DNA from: a virus
Reading direction: 5' to 3' (one strand)
Length of the DNA: 64,000 bases
IMG/VR virus record: IMGVR_UViG_3300045988_129382
Location: 32,001 to 96,000 of that record
Numbering within the stretch: position 1 is the first letter of the stretch; each line of letters begins with the position of its first letter. The translations under genes were made by a program, and so were the position numbers. The notes beneath the pieces are model-generated. The model had not been told where the DNA came from. It searched no databases and was given only the letters and a program-made list of their open reading frames with translations. Below are positions 51,978 to 60,832 of the stretch, in pieces.

Positions 51978-53576
51978 ATGATAATTGAAGAAATTGTTAA
52001 TGAGATTGATAAGTTTATTACAAAGTACAAAGCATTAAAGTCTGATAATCAAACTTTGACTCAATTTAAGTCTGATGTTAAAACTGCATTGAATAATAAA
52101 GGTATTATCAGTACTAATGTTGATGAAGATGTAGTGCAGTCTATTACTAATTATACTCCTAATTCTATTGGAGCTAATCTTGATGCTAATTATCTAAAGA
52201 CTGTTGGTTTGTTACCTAGTAATTTTAGTGGTAATCCTACTGAGAGAGATTTGATTGTAAATAAATACTTATTTCAAGATTCTAATGATAGTCGTAAATT
52301 TATTTCTTCTAATGATTTACTAAGTGTAAGTGTTCAACTAGATGGTAAGGAAGTTACTAGTTATAGTCGAACTTCTACAAGAAGTACTTCTGAGGAAGGA
52401 ATTGATATAAATAAATATAATATCCCGTTGGGTGGGTACTATATTAATGCTTTTAAATTTAACAAGTCAGGAAACTATTCTTTAAATTTAGATATGGGTA
52501 ATTTATCTTTAAGTAAAGTAATTAATTATGTTGAAGAAGATTTGACTTCTATGTCTGATTTCCTAGTTTACGCTACCAATCTAAAATCTAATCGTGTAGT
52601 TGGTTACGATACACGTAAAATAGAAACTATAGACAAATTAGATAGAACTAAACTAGATGGTGATATGGTTCAGCTTTTTATTAGAGTAGAGCGTAATTTG
52701 AACGCTATGGGTAGTGCTAAAGAAAAACTAGGGTATGTCTACAATGTAAGAACAGGTAAAGCTTTCTTAGTGGATGTGGCGTGGTTATCCTCTGACTTTA
52801 GCAGAGTTCCATCAAAGTTTAGAAATTCATTATCTACAATTATTTATGATAATAGAATTGATGTTCTTACTAGTGCATACTCATTTGCATTATCTGTAAA
52901 TGGTGATGATAAGAACCATACAACATTTATTTCTGATATTGATTATCAAGAAGGAGATACTCTTGTGTTTGCTTTCTATAAAGAAAGAAATAGAGATGAA
53001 GCTCATGAGTTTCCTACTAATGTAGTTGAGAAATATTTAAAAACTATTTCTAGTGCTATTAGTTCTGAGCAATTTGTTCAGGATGATGCTACATATAATA
53101 TGGGTAGGTTGGTTAGTACTAACGATTTAAGTCTAGCAGGACATGAGGATAATTTTACAGAGTTAGCGGGTAAAGTTGAAATTTATGAAAAAGGTGTAAA
53201 ATTCATGCCTACCGCATTGTCTTTAAAAAATACAGAGGGGCAAGGGCCTATTATGGCTTTAGGCATGCTAACAGAAGAATTTATGCCTACAGTAGGTATA
53301 GATTATTATGTAATAGATTTATCCAAACTACCAAGCAATAACATAGCTTTACCTAGTGAGACACCTGTTGCTATTGCAAAGGATTTCGCTAACGTAATAA
53401 TTAAGGTAAATAAAGACAACGTAATTGGTAATAGCGAAACAATCAAGATTAATGGACATACAGGTCAATCAATCAAAATTAATGGCTCTGATTTTGTTAA
53501 AACTGATAATGGTAAAAATTATCTGTATTCATTCAAAAAAGATGGTATTCAAGAATTAAAGCCTTTTGTATGGTAA
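51978..53576 (+). CDS. Hypothetical tail/fibre-module protein (532 aa)
   Basis: This is the last ORF of the structural block, with SD AAGAGGG. No motif was recognised. Confidence 0.55.
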   Translation: MIIEEIVNEIDKFITKYKALKSDNQTLTQFKSDVKTALNNKGIISTNVDEDVVQSITNYTPNSIGANLDANYLKTVGLLPSNFSGNPTERDLIVNKYLFQDSNDSRKFISSNDLLSVSVQLDGKEVTSYSRTSTRSTSEEGIDINKYNIPLGGYYINAFKFNKSGNYSLNLDMGNLSLSKVINYVEEDLTSMSDFLVYATNLKSNRVVGYDTRKIETIDKLDRTKLDGDMVQLFIRVERNLNAMGSAKEKLGYVYNVRTGKAFLVDVAWLSSDFSRVPSKFRNSLSTIIYDNRIDVLTSAYSFALSVNGDDKNHTTFISDIDYQEGDTLVFAFYKERNRDEAHEFPTNVVEKYLKTISSAISSEQFVQDDATYNMGRLVSTNDLSLAGHEDNFTELAGKVEIYEKGVKFMPTALSLKNTEGQGPIMALGMLTEEFMPTVGIDYYVIDLSKLPSNNIALPSETPVAIAKDFANVIIKVNKDNVIGNSETIKINGHTGQSIKINGSDFVKTDNGKNYLYSFKKDGIQELKPFVW

Positions 53577-53757
53577 CTTTTGTCCTATAATTTATGTTGT
53601 GAAGTAGATATAAAATACTACTTGAATATTAAAGCTTCTGTTTTAGGTATTTGGAATATAATTTATATTTCTAAGGATTAAACAGTAAGTATTAGATAAT
53701 AATTAAATATACATAAGATATTCATAAAATAGATAGTATTGGTGAGAGGTGTATCTT

Positions 53758-54174
53758 ATGGACTTTAATGGTTTAAAGAATGTTACACCTATCTTCCAAA
53801 CACTATTAAATAATGCTAAGAGTGGTATTCCTAAGAAAATTCAAGTTTTCATAGGAATACTTGCTCTTATTTGGTTATTACCAATAGTGTTAGATATAGT
53901 GTTTGTTGTTTTAGGTGTATTTTATGATTATAAGCCTGATATGATACTAAAGTTTTTACCGAGGTTAGAACAGTTAATTAGTATACTCACAGGTGTTTCT
54001 GCTGTTGCGTGTTTAATGGCGATTATCGGTTTATTTACAGATTCAGATGGTGATGGTATACCTGATTCTGTTGATAAAGATAATAAAACACCAGTAACAA
54101 ATAATAGTATTCAAGTCAATGTAGGTTCTGATGGAAGTAAATCTCCTAAGTTACCATTACACATTGACAAATAA
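53758..54174 (+). CDS. Holin candidate
   Basis: Start moved to ATG 53758 (SD GAGAGG). It has two strong TM segments and a hydrophilic C-terminus containing DSDGDGIPDSVD. It lies immediately upstream of the lysozyme-like gene. Confidence 0.5.
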   Translation: MDFNGLKNVTPIFQTLLNNAKSGIPKKIQVFIGILALIWLLPIVLDIVFVVLGVFYDYKPDMILKFLPRLEQLISILTGVSAVACLMAIIGLFTDSDGDGIPDSVDKDNKTPVTNNSIQVNVGSDGSKSPKLPLHIDK

Positions 54175-54226
54175 TTTGTTTTAGTAGGTATTTTTTAGTA
54201 TGCGTATGCTTTATAGGAGATGTTTT

Positions 54227-54868
54227 ATGATTGGAGATTTAAGCAAGGAATATGAATCCAATGGCGATATCGGTGCTATCTCTACTGGTGAGGGAGATTA
54301 TGGTGGTAAGTCATATGGTATGTACCAATTAGCTAGTAATGTGGGTTCTGTTGATGATTTTATTGCATGGGGATTAAATTCTGAGTATAGTTGGATTGCA
54401 GAAGAGTTAGATAAATATGAGATTGGTTCATATGATTTTGACAATGCTTGGACATATTTTGCGAATAATGACTATGAGAATTTCTACAACATGCAACATT
54501 CTTATGCTATTCATAAGTATTATGATGTATCAGTTGAGTTGTTAAGGGAACATTTATTTAACATTGAAAATCATAGTGAGACTATGAAAGATGTAATTTT
54601 CTCTAGGGCAATTCAATATGGTACTGGTAATATTGTAGAAATGTTTGAAGATGCATTAGTAATTATGGGTGAGAAATTAAATCTTGATTTACAAAATCTT
54701 TCTTATGTAGATGAGAAACGATTTGATTACGATTTAATCACCTCTATCTATGACGTTTGTATGACTACAGAGTGGAATAATTCTTCTTTAAGGGAAAACT
54801 TAAATCATAGGTTTAGGGAAGAAAAAGCTAAGGCTATTCAAATGTTGTCTGATGAGTTAGGAATCTAG
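54227..54868 (+). CDS. Lysozyme-like endolysin candidate
   Basis: Start moved to ATG 54227 (SD TAGGAG). YESNGDIGAISTGEGDYGGKSYGMYQL resembles catalytic-Glu muramidase/transglycosylase N-termini (GH108-like E.GG...D.GG.T.YG). No wall-binding domain was seen. Confidence 0.5.
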   Translation: MIGDLSKEYESNGDIGAISTGEGDYGGKSYGMYQLASNVGSVDDFIAWGLNSEYSWIAEELDKYEIGSYDFDNAWTYFANNDYENFYNMQHSYAIHKYYDVSVELLREHLFNIENHSETMKDVIFSRAIQYGTGNIVEMFEDALVIMGEKLNLDLQNLSYVDEKRFDYDLITSIYDVCMTTEWNNSSLRENLNHRFREEKAKAIQMLSDELGI

Positions 54869-54877
54869 GTGATTCAT

Positions 54878-55156
54878 ATGGGTTTCATTGATAAGTTAAT
54901 AGAATGTATTAGAGTTTTATTCTTAGGTAAGAGTATTGATAGTGTTGTTACGTCTACACAAGACAAAGTAGTAGGTACAGTTAATAATACTGTTGATGAA
55001 GTTTCTTCTAAGGTAGATACAAAAGTTAATGATATCACTGATAAAGTAGATAACATTACTGATACAGTAGATGGTAAAATTGACGATGTATCTAATAAAG
55101 TTGAAGATATTGTTGAGAACTCTAAAAAATTAGGTATTAACATTAGGAAAAAATAG
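54878..55156 (+). CDS. Small coiled-coil protein of the lysis cassette
   Basis: Start moved to ATG 54878. The N-terminus is amphipathic, followed by the heptad-like KVDTKVNDITDKVDNITDTVDGKIDDVSNKVEDIV. Confidence 0.5.
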   Translation: MGFIDKLIECIRVLFLGKSIDSVVTSTQDKVVGTVNNTVDEVSSKVDTKVNDITDKVDNITDTVDGKIDDVSNKVEDIVENSKKLGINIRKK

Positions 55157-55164
55157 TGTATAAT

Positions 55165-55200
55165 AAGAGTGTATCATTTTATTGGTACACTCTTATTTTT
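55165..55200 (+). terminator. Intrinsic terminator after the lysis cassette
   Basis: AAGAGTGTA pairs with TACACTCTT (9-bp stem, 12-nt loop), followed by ATTTTT. Confidence 0.8.
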
Positions 55201-55218
55201 ATGTGTGGGGATTGATTT

Positions 55219-55833
55219 ATGGGACTATTTGATGTTGATGGTATAGGGTTTAAAAGTAAAGAAAAAGCTAAGAATGAAAACTCTTTTGATATGGGGGTTG
55301 ATATCTCTAAAGTAGATAATAGTTTAGTTAATACAAATAAGACTAGTGGTAGTGATTTTGATAAGACACTTGTAGGTGAGATAAATCCTTTGGTTAAGGT
55401 TGATGTTATCAATCATTATTTTAAGTTAAGTGATTTGTTAAGGGAGTATGGGTGCTATATTGATGGTTCTACTATGTATTGTCCTTTTCATGATGACGAT
55501 ATTACAGGTAAGCCATCTGCTAAATATCATTCAGATACAGACTTGTTGTATTGCTTTTCAGAAAATAAGGTCTACAGTTCATATCATGCATTAAAGATTT
55601 TATTTGGTAAGGATGTAAACCTAATCTTTAAAAAGATATGGTCTACACTATCTAAAGAAGAGAGATTGTCTTATATTGGTAAGCATGATGAAAAGGTTAA
55701 AGATGTTGTAGTAGAGGATACAGGCTGGGATTATTATAACAAGAATGTCTTGTCTACTTTTAAGGTTGGTAAGGTATCATATGAACAGTATAAAAACGCT
55801 TTATATAAAGTATTATCATTAATTCAAGAATAA
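55219..55833 (+). CDS. DnaG-type CHC2-like zinc-finger protein without a catalytic primase domain
   Basis: LSDLLREYGCYIDGSTMYCPFHDDDITGKPSAKYHSDTDLLYCFSENKVY follows the primase zinc-binding-domain layout (CPFH...PS...CF), but the fourth Cys is absent. The 204-aa protein has no TOPRIM motifs. Confidence 0.55.
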   Translation: MGLFDVDGIGFKSKEKAKNENSFDMGVDISKVDNSLVNTNKTSGSDFDKTLVGEINPLVKVDVINHYFKLSDLLREYGCYIDGSTMYCPFHDDDITGKPSAKYHSDTDLLYCFSENKVYSSYHALKILFGKDVNLIFKKIWSTLSKEERLSYIGKHDEKVKDVVVEDTGWDYYNKNVLSTFKVGKVSYEQYKNALYKVLSLIQE

Positions 55834-55861
55834 AATAGTATGAATTTTAAGTAAATTGTAG

Positions 55862-55890
55862 TTGTAAAGTTACTTAAAATTAAGTATAAT
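55862..55890 (+). promoter_or_regulatory. Sigma-A-type promoter TTGTAA-17-TATAAT
   Basis: TTGTAA at 55862-55867, a 17-nt spacer, TATAAT at 55885-55890. The -10 directly abuts the next hairpin. Confidence 0.6.
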
Positions 55891-55927
55891 AGATACAGTA
55901 GAAAATGTTACTACAGTATCTATTTTT
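55891..55927 (+). terminator. Intrinsic terminator overlapping the predicted transcription start
   Basis: AGATACAGTAG pairs with CTACAGTATCT (11-bp stem with one central mismatch), followed by ATTTTT. Confidence 0.6.
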
Positions 55928-55948
55928 ATTTAAAAGAGGAGAAATGCT

Positions 55949-56131
55949 ATGGCTAAGATTACAGCTATTCGTTTACCTAATGGTAAGGTTAAGATTACTA
56001 ATTCAGATATTAGTGGTATTATTGGGGAAGAGTTCAATTCATCTGATGACTTCTTCAATAAATACAAAACAATTAATGAATCTACAGGTGTAGAGAATGA
56101 TTGTGTGTTGTTAGAGTCAATCAATGGCTAA
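55949..56131 (+). CDS. Small hypothetical protein (60 aa)
   Basis: Strong SD AAGAGGAG upstream of the ATG. Two overlapping ORFs in other frames lack SDs. Confidence 0.6.
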   Translation: MAKITAIRLPNGKVKITNSDISGIIGEEFNSSDDFFNKYKTINESTGVENDCVLLESING

Positions 56132-56603
56132 TGTTCCTGTTATAGGTAATGGACTTGCTGTAATACCATTACATACTAGGGGTACAAGTAAGAAGAAAAA
56201 TAAAAGAGTTGCTGATTATTTAACTAGGAGTACTTTTTTAAAACTGTTAGTAGAATATTCAGATATAGAGAAGATGGATATCGTATATTTAACTGGTATG
56301 GGTGTTATGTATCAAGACGATATATTAGATGGTTCTGTTACTTTAAGAGATATCATACAAAATACTAGTTGGTGTAATATAGTTGCTGAAGAACTGTATC
56401 GTTTATGTCTATCATTAGGTACAAATAGGATAGTTCTTCTAGCTAGAAGCGATAGATTTTTAAAGCTTGCTAAGACTCTTAGGTCTAGAGGTGTTATAGT
56501 TGAAAATCCTATAATGGGTGTATTGTCAGAGAGGTATGCAATTAAGATACTTTTCTCTAAAACTAAGTTATTAGTAAATACAAGTGGTGGATTTTCAAAA
56601 TGA
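56124..56603 (+). CDS. Hypothetical protein (159 aa)
   Basis: It is translationally coupled to both neighbours through overlaps. No motif was assigned confidently. Confidence 0.6.
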   Translation: MANVPVIGNGLAVIPLHTRGTSKKKNKRVADYLTRSTFLKLLVEYSDIEKMDIVYLTGMGVMYQDDILDGSVTLRDIIQNTSWCNIVAEELYRLCLSLGTNRIVLLARSDRFLKLAKTLRSRGVIVENPIMGVLSERYAIKILFSKTKLLVNTSGGFSK

Positions 56604-56998
56604 GTAGAGAGTTACCTTTATTTTTACAGAATTTAACATGTGATATTACTGATTGTGTGTTTACATTAAAGTTGGTAGGTAGTACTTTTCAATATAATGC
56701 ACAAGAGGTGTTACAGGCTATACTAGATAATAATATGGTTAATAGAGTTATACTAGAATTAGTACGTGAGCCTGAAAATGTTCATGATAAGCATGCTGTA
56801 AAAGTTATGCTATCCGTTGATGGCTATAGTGGTACATATCATGTTGGGTATGTATCAAGAGATATAAGTGAGACAATTAGTTTTCTTCTACAAGATGATG
56901 ACTTATGTGTACATATTTCAGATGTATTCATGAGTGGTGGTGGATTAGATTACTATGTAGGTCTTATGTTTAATTGTAGATTTAAAAGAAAGGAATAA
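56600..56998 (+). CDS. Stand-alone HIRAN-domain protein
   Basis: LVGSTFQYNAQEVL...LELVREPENVHDKHAVKV...HVGYVSRDISE matches the HIRAN pattern (G..y...L.REP.N..D.nA..V...GYv.r). Confidence 0.75.
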   Translation: MSRELPLFLQNLTCDITDCVFTLKLVGSTFQYNAQEVLQAILDNNMVNRVILELVREPENVHDKHAVKVMLSVDGYSGTYHVGYVSRDISETISFLLQDDDLCVHISDVFMSGGGLDYYVGLMFNCRFKRKE

Positions 56999-57007
56999 AA
57001 TCTATCT

Positions 57008-60000
57008 ATGGCTAATGAGAAAGCTAAGAGTGATTATAAACATTGGGTAGGTGCTGTTCCTAAGATAGAGAACTGGTATAAGAATTTTAACTTTGTATTA
57101 GTTGAAAGTATGGAAGACTTAAAGAGTATCTTTAAAGATAAAAAAGATTACTATATGGCTTTCGATACAGAGACTACTGGTTTAGATTTTGAGGAGATTG
57201 ACTTAGTAGGGTATTCCTTTTGTTTAGATGGGAAGACAGCATACTACGTTCCTGTATATCATTTTCAATATGATGGGAACTTGGGTGAGGAATCTGTAAA
57301 GTTCATCTATGAGCGTATGTGCGAAGCTAAAAAAGTATTCATGTATAATATGCGGTATGATGCACGTATTATGGAATATTATGGGTATAAAGAGAATAAA
57401 GCTGATTTAGATAAAAGACGTTGGATGTATGCTAAGTTTGATATGTCTAAGGTTGATTACTATGATGTTTCTGTACCTGTATGGTTAGCTGATACAAACC
57501 AAAAATATCCTAGTCTTAAATGGTCTAGTTTACATTTCTTAGGGATTGAACAGTTACACTTTGATGAGGTAATTGAAAATGCTGGCTCATTCTTCTATTT
57601 AAACCCGTCTGAAAATGAAGATACAGTGTTTTATGCCGCCGCAGATGCGTTGTGTACATTTTTACTTGCGACTGCAACAGTTAAGTATTTTACAGAGGCA
57701 AAACATTCGGCTAAGTTTGATAATCTAATGTTATATCCATTATTACATTATGAAAATGAGAAGATTTGGTTAGATGGTGATGTTCTTAAAAATCTTTACA
57801 TTACAGCTACTGATAGAGTAGATAAGATGGAGAGAGATGTGTACGCTATGATAGGTGGGCAGATTAATTTAAACTCACCTGTACAAGTTGCACAAGCTTT
57901 TGAGAGGTTGGGAATTGATACTGGTGAGCGTACATCTAAAGGTACTATGTCCGTTGGTATTAAAATATTGGCTGATTTACCTAAAGAGTATGTAGAAAAG
58001 TTCCCAGCTTTAAAATCATATATCAACTATAAGAAAACAGCTAAATTAATATCTTCATATATTAAACCTTTGTTGAAAGAGTATGAACGTAGGGGTTATT
58101 GTAGGTTCGCTTATAAAACTACTGAAGTACCAACTGGGAGGCTTGCTTGTGGTAAGGATGGGAAGAATTCTTTCTTTAGCCCGATTAATGCACAATCCCT
58201 GCCTAAGCCACATGTAAAGATGGAAGACGTATTTGACTTAGGTGATAGAAATTTATTCTCTAAGAAAGATAATATCATTATGGGGTATAAGTTTGTTTAT
58301 TCTTCTTATGATGAGGAAGGAAAACATATTATACCTGATGACCCAACATATATTGGATGGGTAGAGGGTATGGATGATGACTTAAATATACGGATGGCTA
58401 TTTCCCCTAAAATGTTAGAAGATAGCAATGATGCTGAATTCCTGTACTGTAGCTTTGACTATGCCGCGGAGGAGTTACGTATCGCCGCTAATTTAAGTCG
58501 TGAGCCTAATTGGGTTGATGCTTTTGTACATGGGGATGACATTCATAAAAGGTGTTATTCTTTAGATACTGAGTTTTTAACTAGGGATGGTTGGAAAACT
58601 TATGAGCATATTGGTATTGATACTGAGATTGCACAGTATAATGAAGATACTAAAGAATTAGAGTTTGTTAAGGCTGGTCATGCTTATTTCAATGAAACAG
58701 ATACAATGTATCATTTTGTTGGTAATAATACGGATTTATTAGTAACTCCTAATCATCGTATGTATGATAAAGGTAGGGATAATTGGTATATAAAACGTGC
58801 AGATGAGTTATATAAGAAACATTCCTATCGTACAATTTGTAGTCCTGTATCTACTAAAGTATTTAGAAGTTCAGATGATATTGTAGATAGTGGGGTTATT
58901 CACATAGGTAGTACATATCACAAAGATGGATATGATATTTCAGTTGATGATTTTGTAGAACTTCTTGGGTATGTTATTACTGATGGTGGTACATGTTTAC
59001 GTAGTAATGGTTCTAAGACTGTATACTTTTCTCAGTCAGATGTAAAATCAGAAGTGTTGTCTAAGATGCAAAAACTTAATGCTAGATTAGGGAATATTTT
59101 TGATGAAAAAGTTACTATCTGTAAAGGTAAAGAAATTAATATTTGTGGTAGGACTTCCACGTTAAGTGGTGATTTTCATGTCTTTTCTGTTACAAGTTCA
59201 GCTTTATTTGATACTATTGTTAGCTATATAGGTGGTAATCTTAAAAAAGATAGGGTTTTGTCTGATAAGATGTTACATTTTAGTGATAGATTATTAGAAA
59301 AATTCTTCTTAGCTATGTATGATGGCGATGGTTTACATGATAACAGAAAGGGTAGAGAAAATTCTAAAACTATATTAGTACAGTCTAAAAAACTAGTTGA
59401 ACAGTTACAATTAATTCTTATTAATTTAGGGTACTCAACTAATATTAAAGATGTTTCTCATAGATACAGTGTTTCTTTGTATAAACTTAATTGTGTCAGA
59501 GGTAAGAGAGATGTTAGGGGTTCAAACAAGAATACTAAGATTATTAAGTATGATGAGCCTGTTAAATCTGTGTGTTTTGCAGTTCCTAGTTCGTTGTTGT
59601 TCGTGAGACGTAATGGTAAGACATCAGTTTGTGGTAATACAGCCGTAGCTATCTGGGGTGAAGAGAACTATAATAGGGATTATCGTAAGATGGCAAAGTA
59701 CGCCAACTTCTCTATTTTGTATGGTGCTAGTTCTCATTCATTGTATGCTGATAGTAGGTATGGTTTTAAGTCTTTACAAGAAGCAGAAGATTTCTATGAT
59801 AAGTATAAGAAAGCATTACCTACATTATTCCAGTGGCAAGATAGGTTAATCTATAGTGCTAGACGTAAAGGCATGTTACAGACATTCTTTGGTAGACCAC
59901 GTAGGTTACGTTCTTATTATGAGAATAAACAGATAGGTTTTGCTAATCGTAGTGCTGGTAACACAAGTGTACAGGGTGTTGCTGGTGATATTCTTAAAAT

Positions 60001-60286
60001 GGTAATGATTAAGTTGTGGAGAGCATTATTTAATAATGAAGAATTCAAGAACGATGTTGCTTGGAGGGTTGCCATTCACGATGAGATTGGTTATACAATA
60101 CGTGCTACTAAATTAATGCGTATATTAAAGATTATTAAAGAAACACAGTCTGTTAAGTTACCAGAGTGGCCAGTAGAGATTATTACTGACCCATCTGTTG
60201 GGTGGTCTATGGGTAGAGTATATGATTTTCATATGGTTGAGGATGATTCTGAATTAGGGTATCATTTTGAACCTGATTTAGCGTAG
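57008..60286 (+). CDS. Family A DNA polymerase with 3'-5' exonuclease domain, interrupted by an intein
   Basis: Exonuclease motifs are FDTETTGL, YNMRYDARIM and YAAADALCTF. Polymerase motif A is FDYAAEELRIAANLS. DIHKR/TAVAIWG aligns with E. coli Pol I DIHRATAAEVFG. Motif B is RKMAKYANFSILYG and motif C is AIHDEIGY. Confidence 0.9.
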   Translation: MANEKAKSDYKHWVGAVPKIENWYKNFNFVLVESMEDLKSIFKDKKDYYMAFDTETTGLDFEEIDLVGYSFCLDGKTAYYVPVYHFQYDGNLGEESVKFIYERMCEAKKVFMYNMRYDARIMEYYGYKENKADLDKRRWMYAKFDMSKVDYYDVSVPVWLADTNQKYPSLKWSSLHFLGIEQLHFDEVIENAGSFFYLNPSENEDTVFYAAADALCTFLLATATVKYFTEAKHSAKFDNLMLYPLLHYENEKIWLDGDVLKNLYITATDRVDKMERDVYAMIGGQINLNSPVQVAQAFERLGIDTGERTSKGTMSVGIKILADLPKEYVEKFPALKSYINYKKTAKLISSYIKPLLKEYERRGYCRFAYKTTEVPTGRLACGKDGKNSFFSPINAQSLPKPHVKMEDVFDLGDRNLFSKKDNIIMGYKFVYSSYDEEGKHIIPDDPTYIGWVEGMDDDLNIRMAISPKMLEDSNDAEFLYCSFDYAAEELRIAANLSREPNWVDAFVHGDDIHKRCYSLDTEFLTRDGWKTYEHIGIDTEIAQYNEDTKELEFVKAGHAYFNETDTMYHFVGNNTDLLVTPNHRMYDKGRDNWYIKRADELYKKHSYRTICSPVSTKVFRSSDDIVDSGVIHIGSTYHKDGYDISVDDFVELLGYVITDGGTCLRSNGSKTVYFSQSDVKSEVLSKMQKLNARLGNIFDEKVTICKGKEINICGRTSTLSGDFHVFSVTSSALFDTIVSYIGGNLKKDRVLSDKMLHFSDRLLEKFFLAMYDGDGLHDNRKGRENSKTILVQSKKLVEQLQLILINLGYSTNIKDVSHRYSVSLYKLNCVRGKRDVRGSNKNTKIIKYDEPVKSVCFAVPSSLLFVRRNGKTSVCGNTAVAIWGEENYNRDYRKMAKYANFSILYGASSHSLYADSRYGFKSLQEAEDFYDKYKKALPTLFQWQDRLIYSARRKGMLQTFFGRPRRLRSYYENKQIGFANRSAGNTSVQGVAGDILKMVMIKLWRALFNNEEFKNDVAWRVAIHDEIGYTIRATKLMRILKIIKETQSVKLPEWPVEIITDPSVGWSMGRVYDFHMVEDDSELGYHFEPDLA
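58553..59638 (+). mobile_element. Intein (362 aa) with a LAGLIDADG homing-endonuclease domain in the polymerase
   Basis: It starts with Cys (CYSLDTEFLTRDGW) after DIHKR and ends NGKTSVCGN, followed by Thr. Block B is LLVTPNHRMY. LAGLIDADG motifs are ELLGYVITDGG and FFLAMYDGDGL. Excision restores the DIHxxTA motif. Confidence 0.85.
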
Positions 60287-60295
60287 GGGATTATT

Positions 60296-60832
60296 ATGGA
60301 AGAGTTTATTTTTGATAGTTTGACTCTTGATGACCTAGTTAAGTATGTAGATACATCAAAAGTATTTAATATTACTAAGGGTGAATTTAATCAAGTTAAA
60401 GTATATCTGGCAAGTTATGAAGATGAAAAGCTAGGTAGTGCAGTTGAGCGTTTAGATGTTGCTTATCACATTGGTAACAGGTGGTCTTTGGTAGATATGG
60501 CTAAAGTTGATGGTTTTAATGAAGTACCATTGAGTTGGTTGTTATCTGATGTGGGTAATATTGATGACTGTTTAGTTATTTTACGTAGAATGTCTAATAT
60601 GGTTCTAGACAAGAATAATTCTAGCTTATCTACGTATATTTATCATATTGTTGATGATGCTTATAAGTTTGTTACTTCTAATGCTTTAATGAATGGTAAA
60701 TTAGCTAGATATGGTATTAGGTTAGATGGTTCTATTGATAATATTCTTGATATTATCAATAACAATGTTGATAATGATTACGATAAGAATTCATTAATTT
60801 CTTTTATTAAGAGTGGTGTTGCTAATGAGTGA
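60296..60832 (+). CDS. Hypothetical acidic protein (178 aa)
   Basis: ORF directly after the polymerase gene, with GGGGA upstream. No motif was recognised. Confidence 0.6.
   Translation: MEEFIFDSLTLDDLVKYVDTSKVFNITKGEFNQVKVYLASYEDEKLGSAVERLDVAYHIGNRWSLVDMAKVDGFNEVPLSWLLSDVGNIDDCLVILRRMSNMVLDKNNSSLSTYIYHIVDDAYKFVTSNALMNGKLARYGIRLDGSIDNILDIINNNVDNDYDKNSLISFIKSGVANE

Noticed and set aside
41992-53576. A diversity-generating retroelement or phase-variable switch in the fibre locus.
   Set aside because: No reverse transcriptase gene was seen. There is no near-identical template/variable nucleotide repeat pair, and no invertible-segment inverted repeats. The similarities among fibre genes are divergent protein-level paralogies.
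35418-59849. Alternative-frame plus-strand ORFs 35418-35609, 43862-44068, 55905-56093 and 59658-59849.
   Set aside because: They are embedded in longer ORFs that carry recognisable motifs or better SDs. They have no SD of their own, and their translations are hydrophobic and low-complexity.
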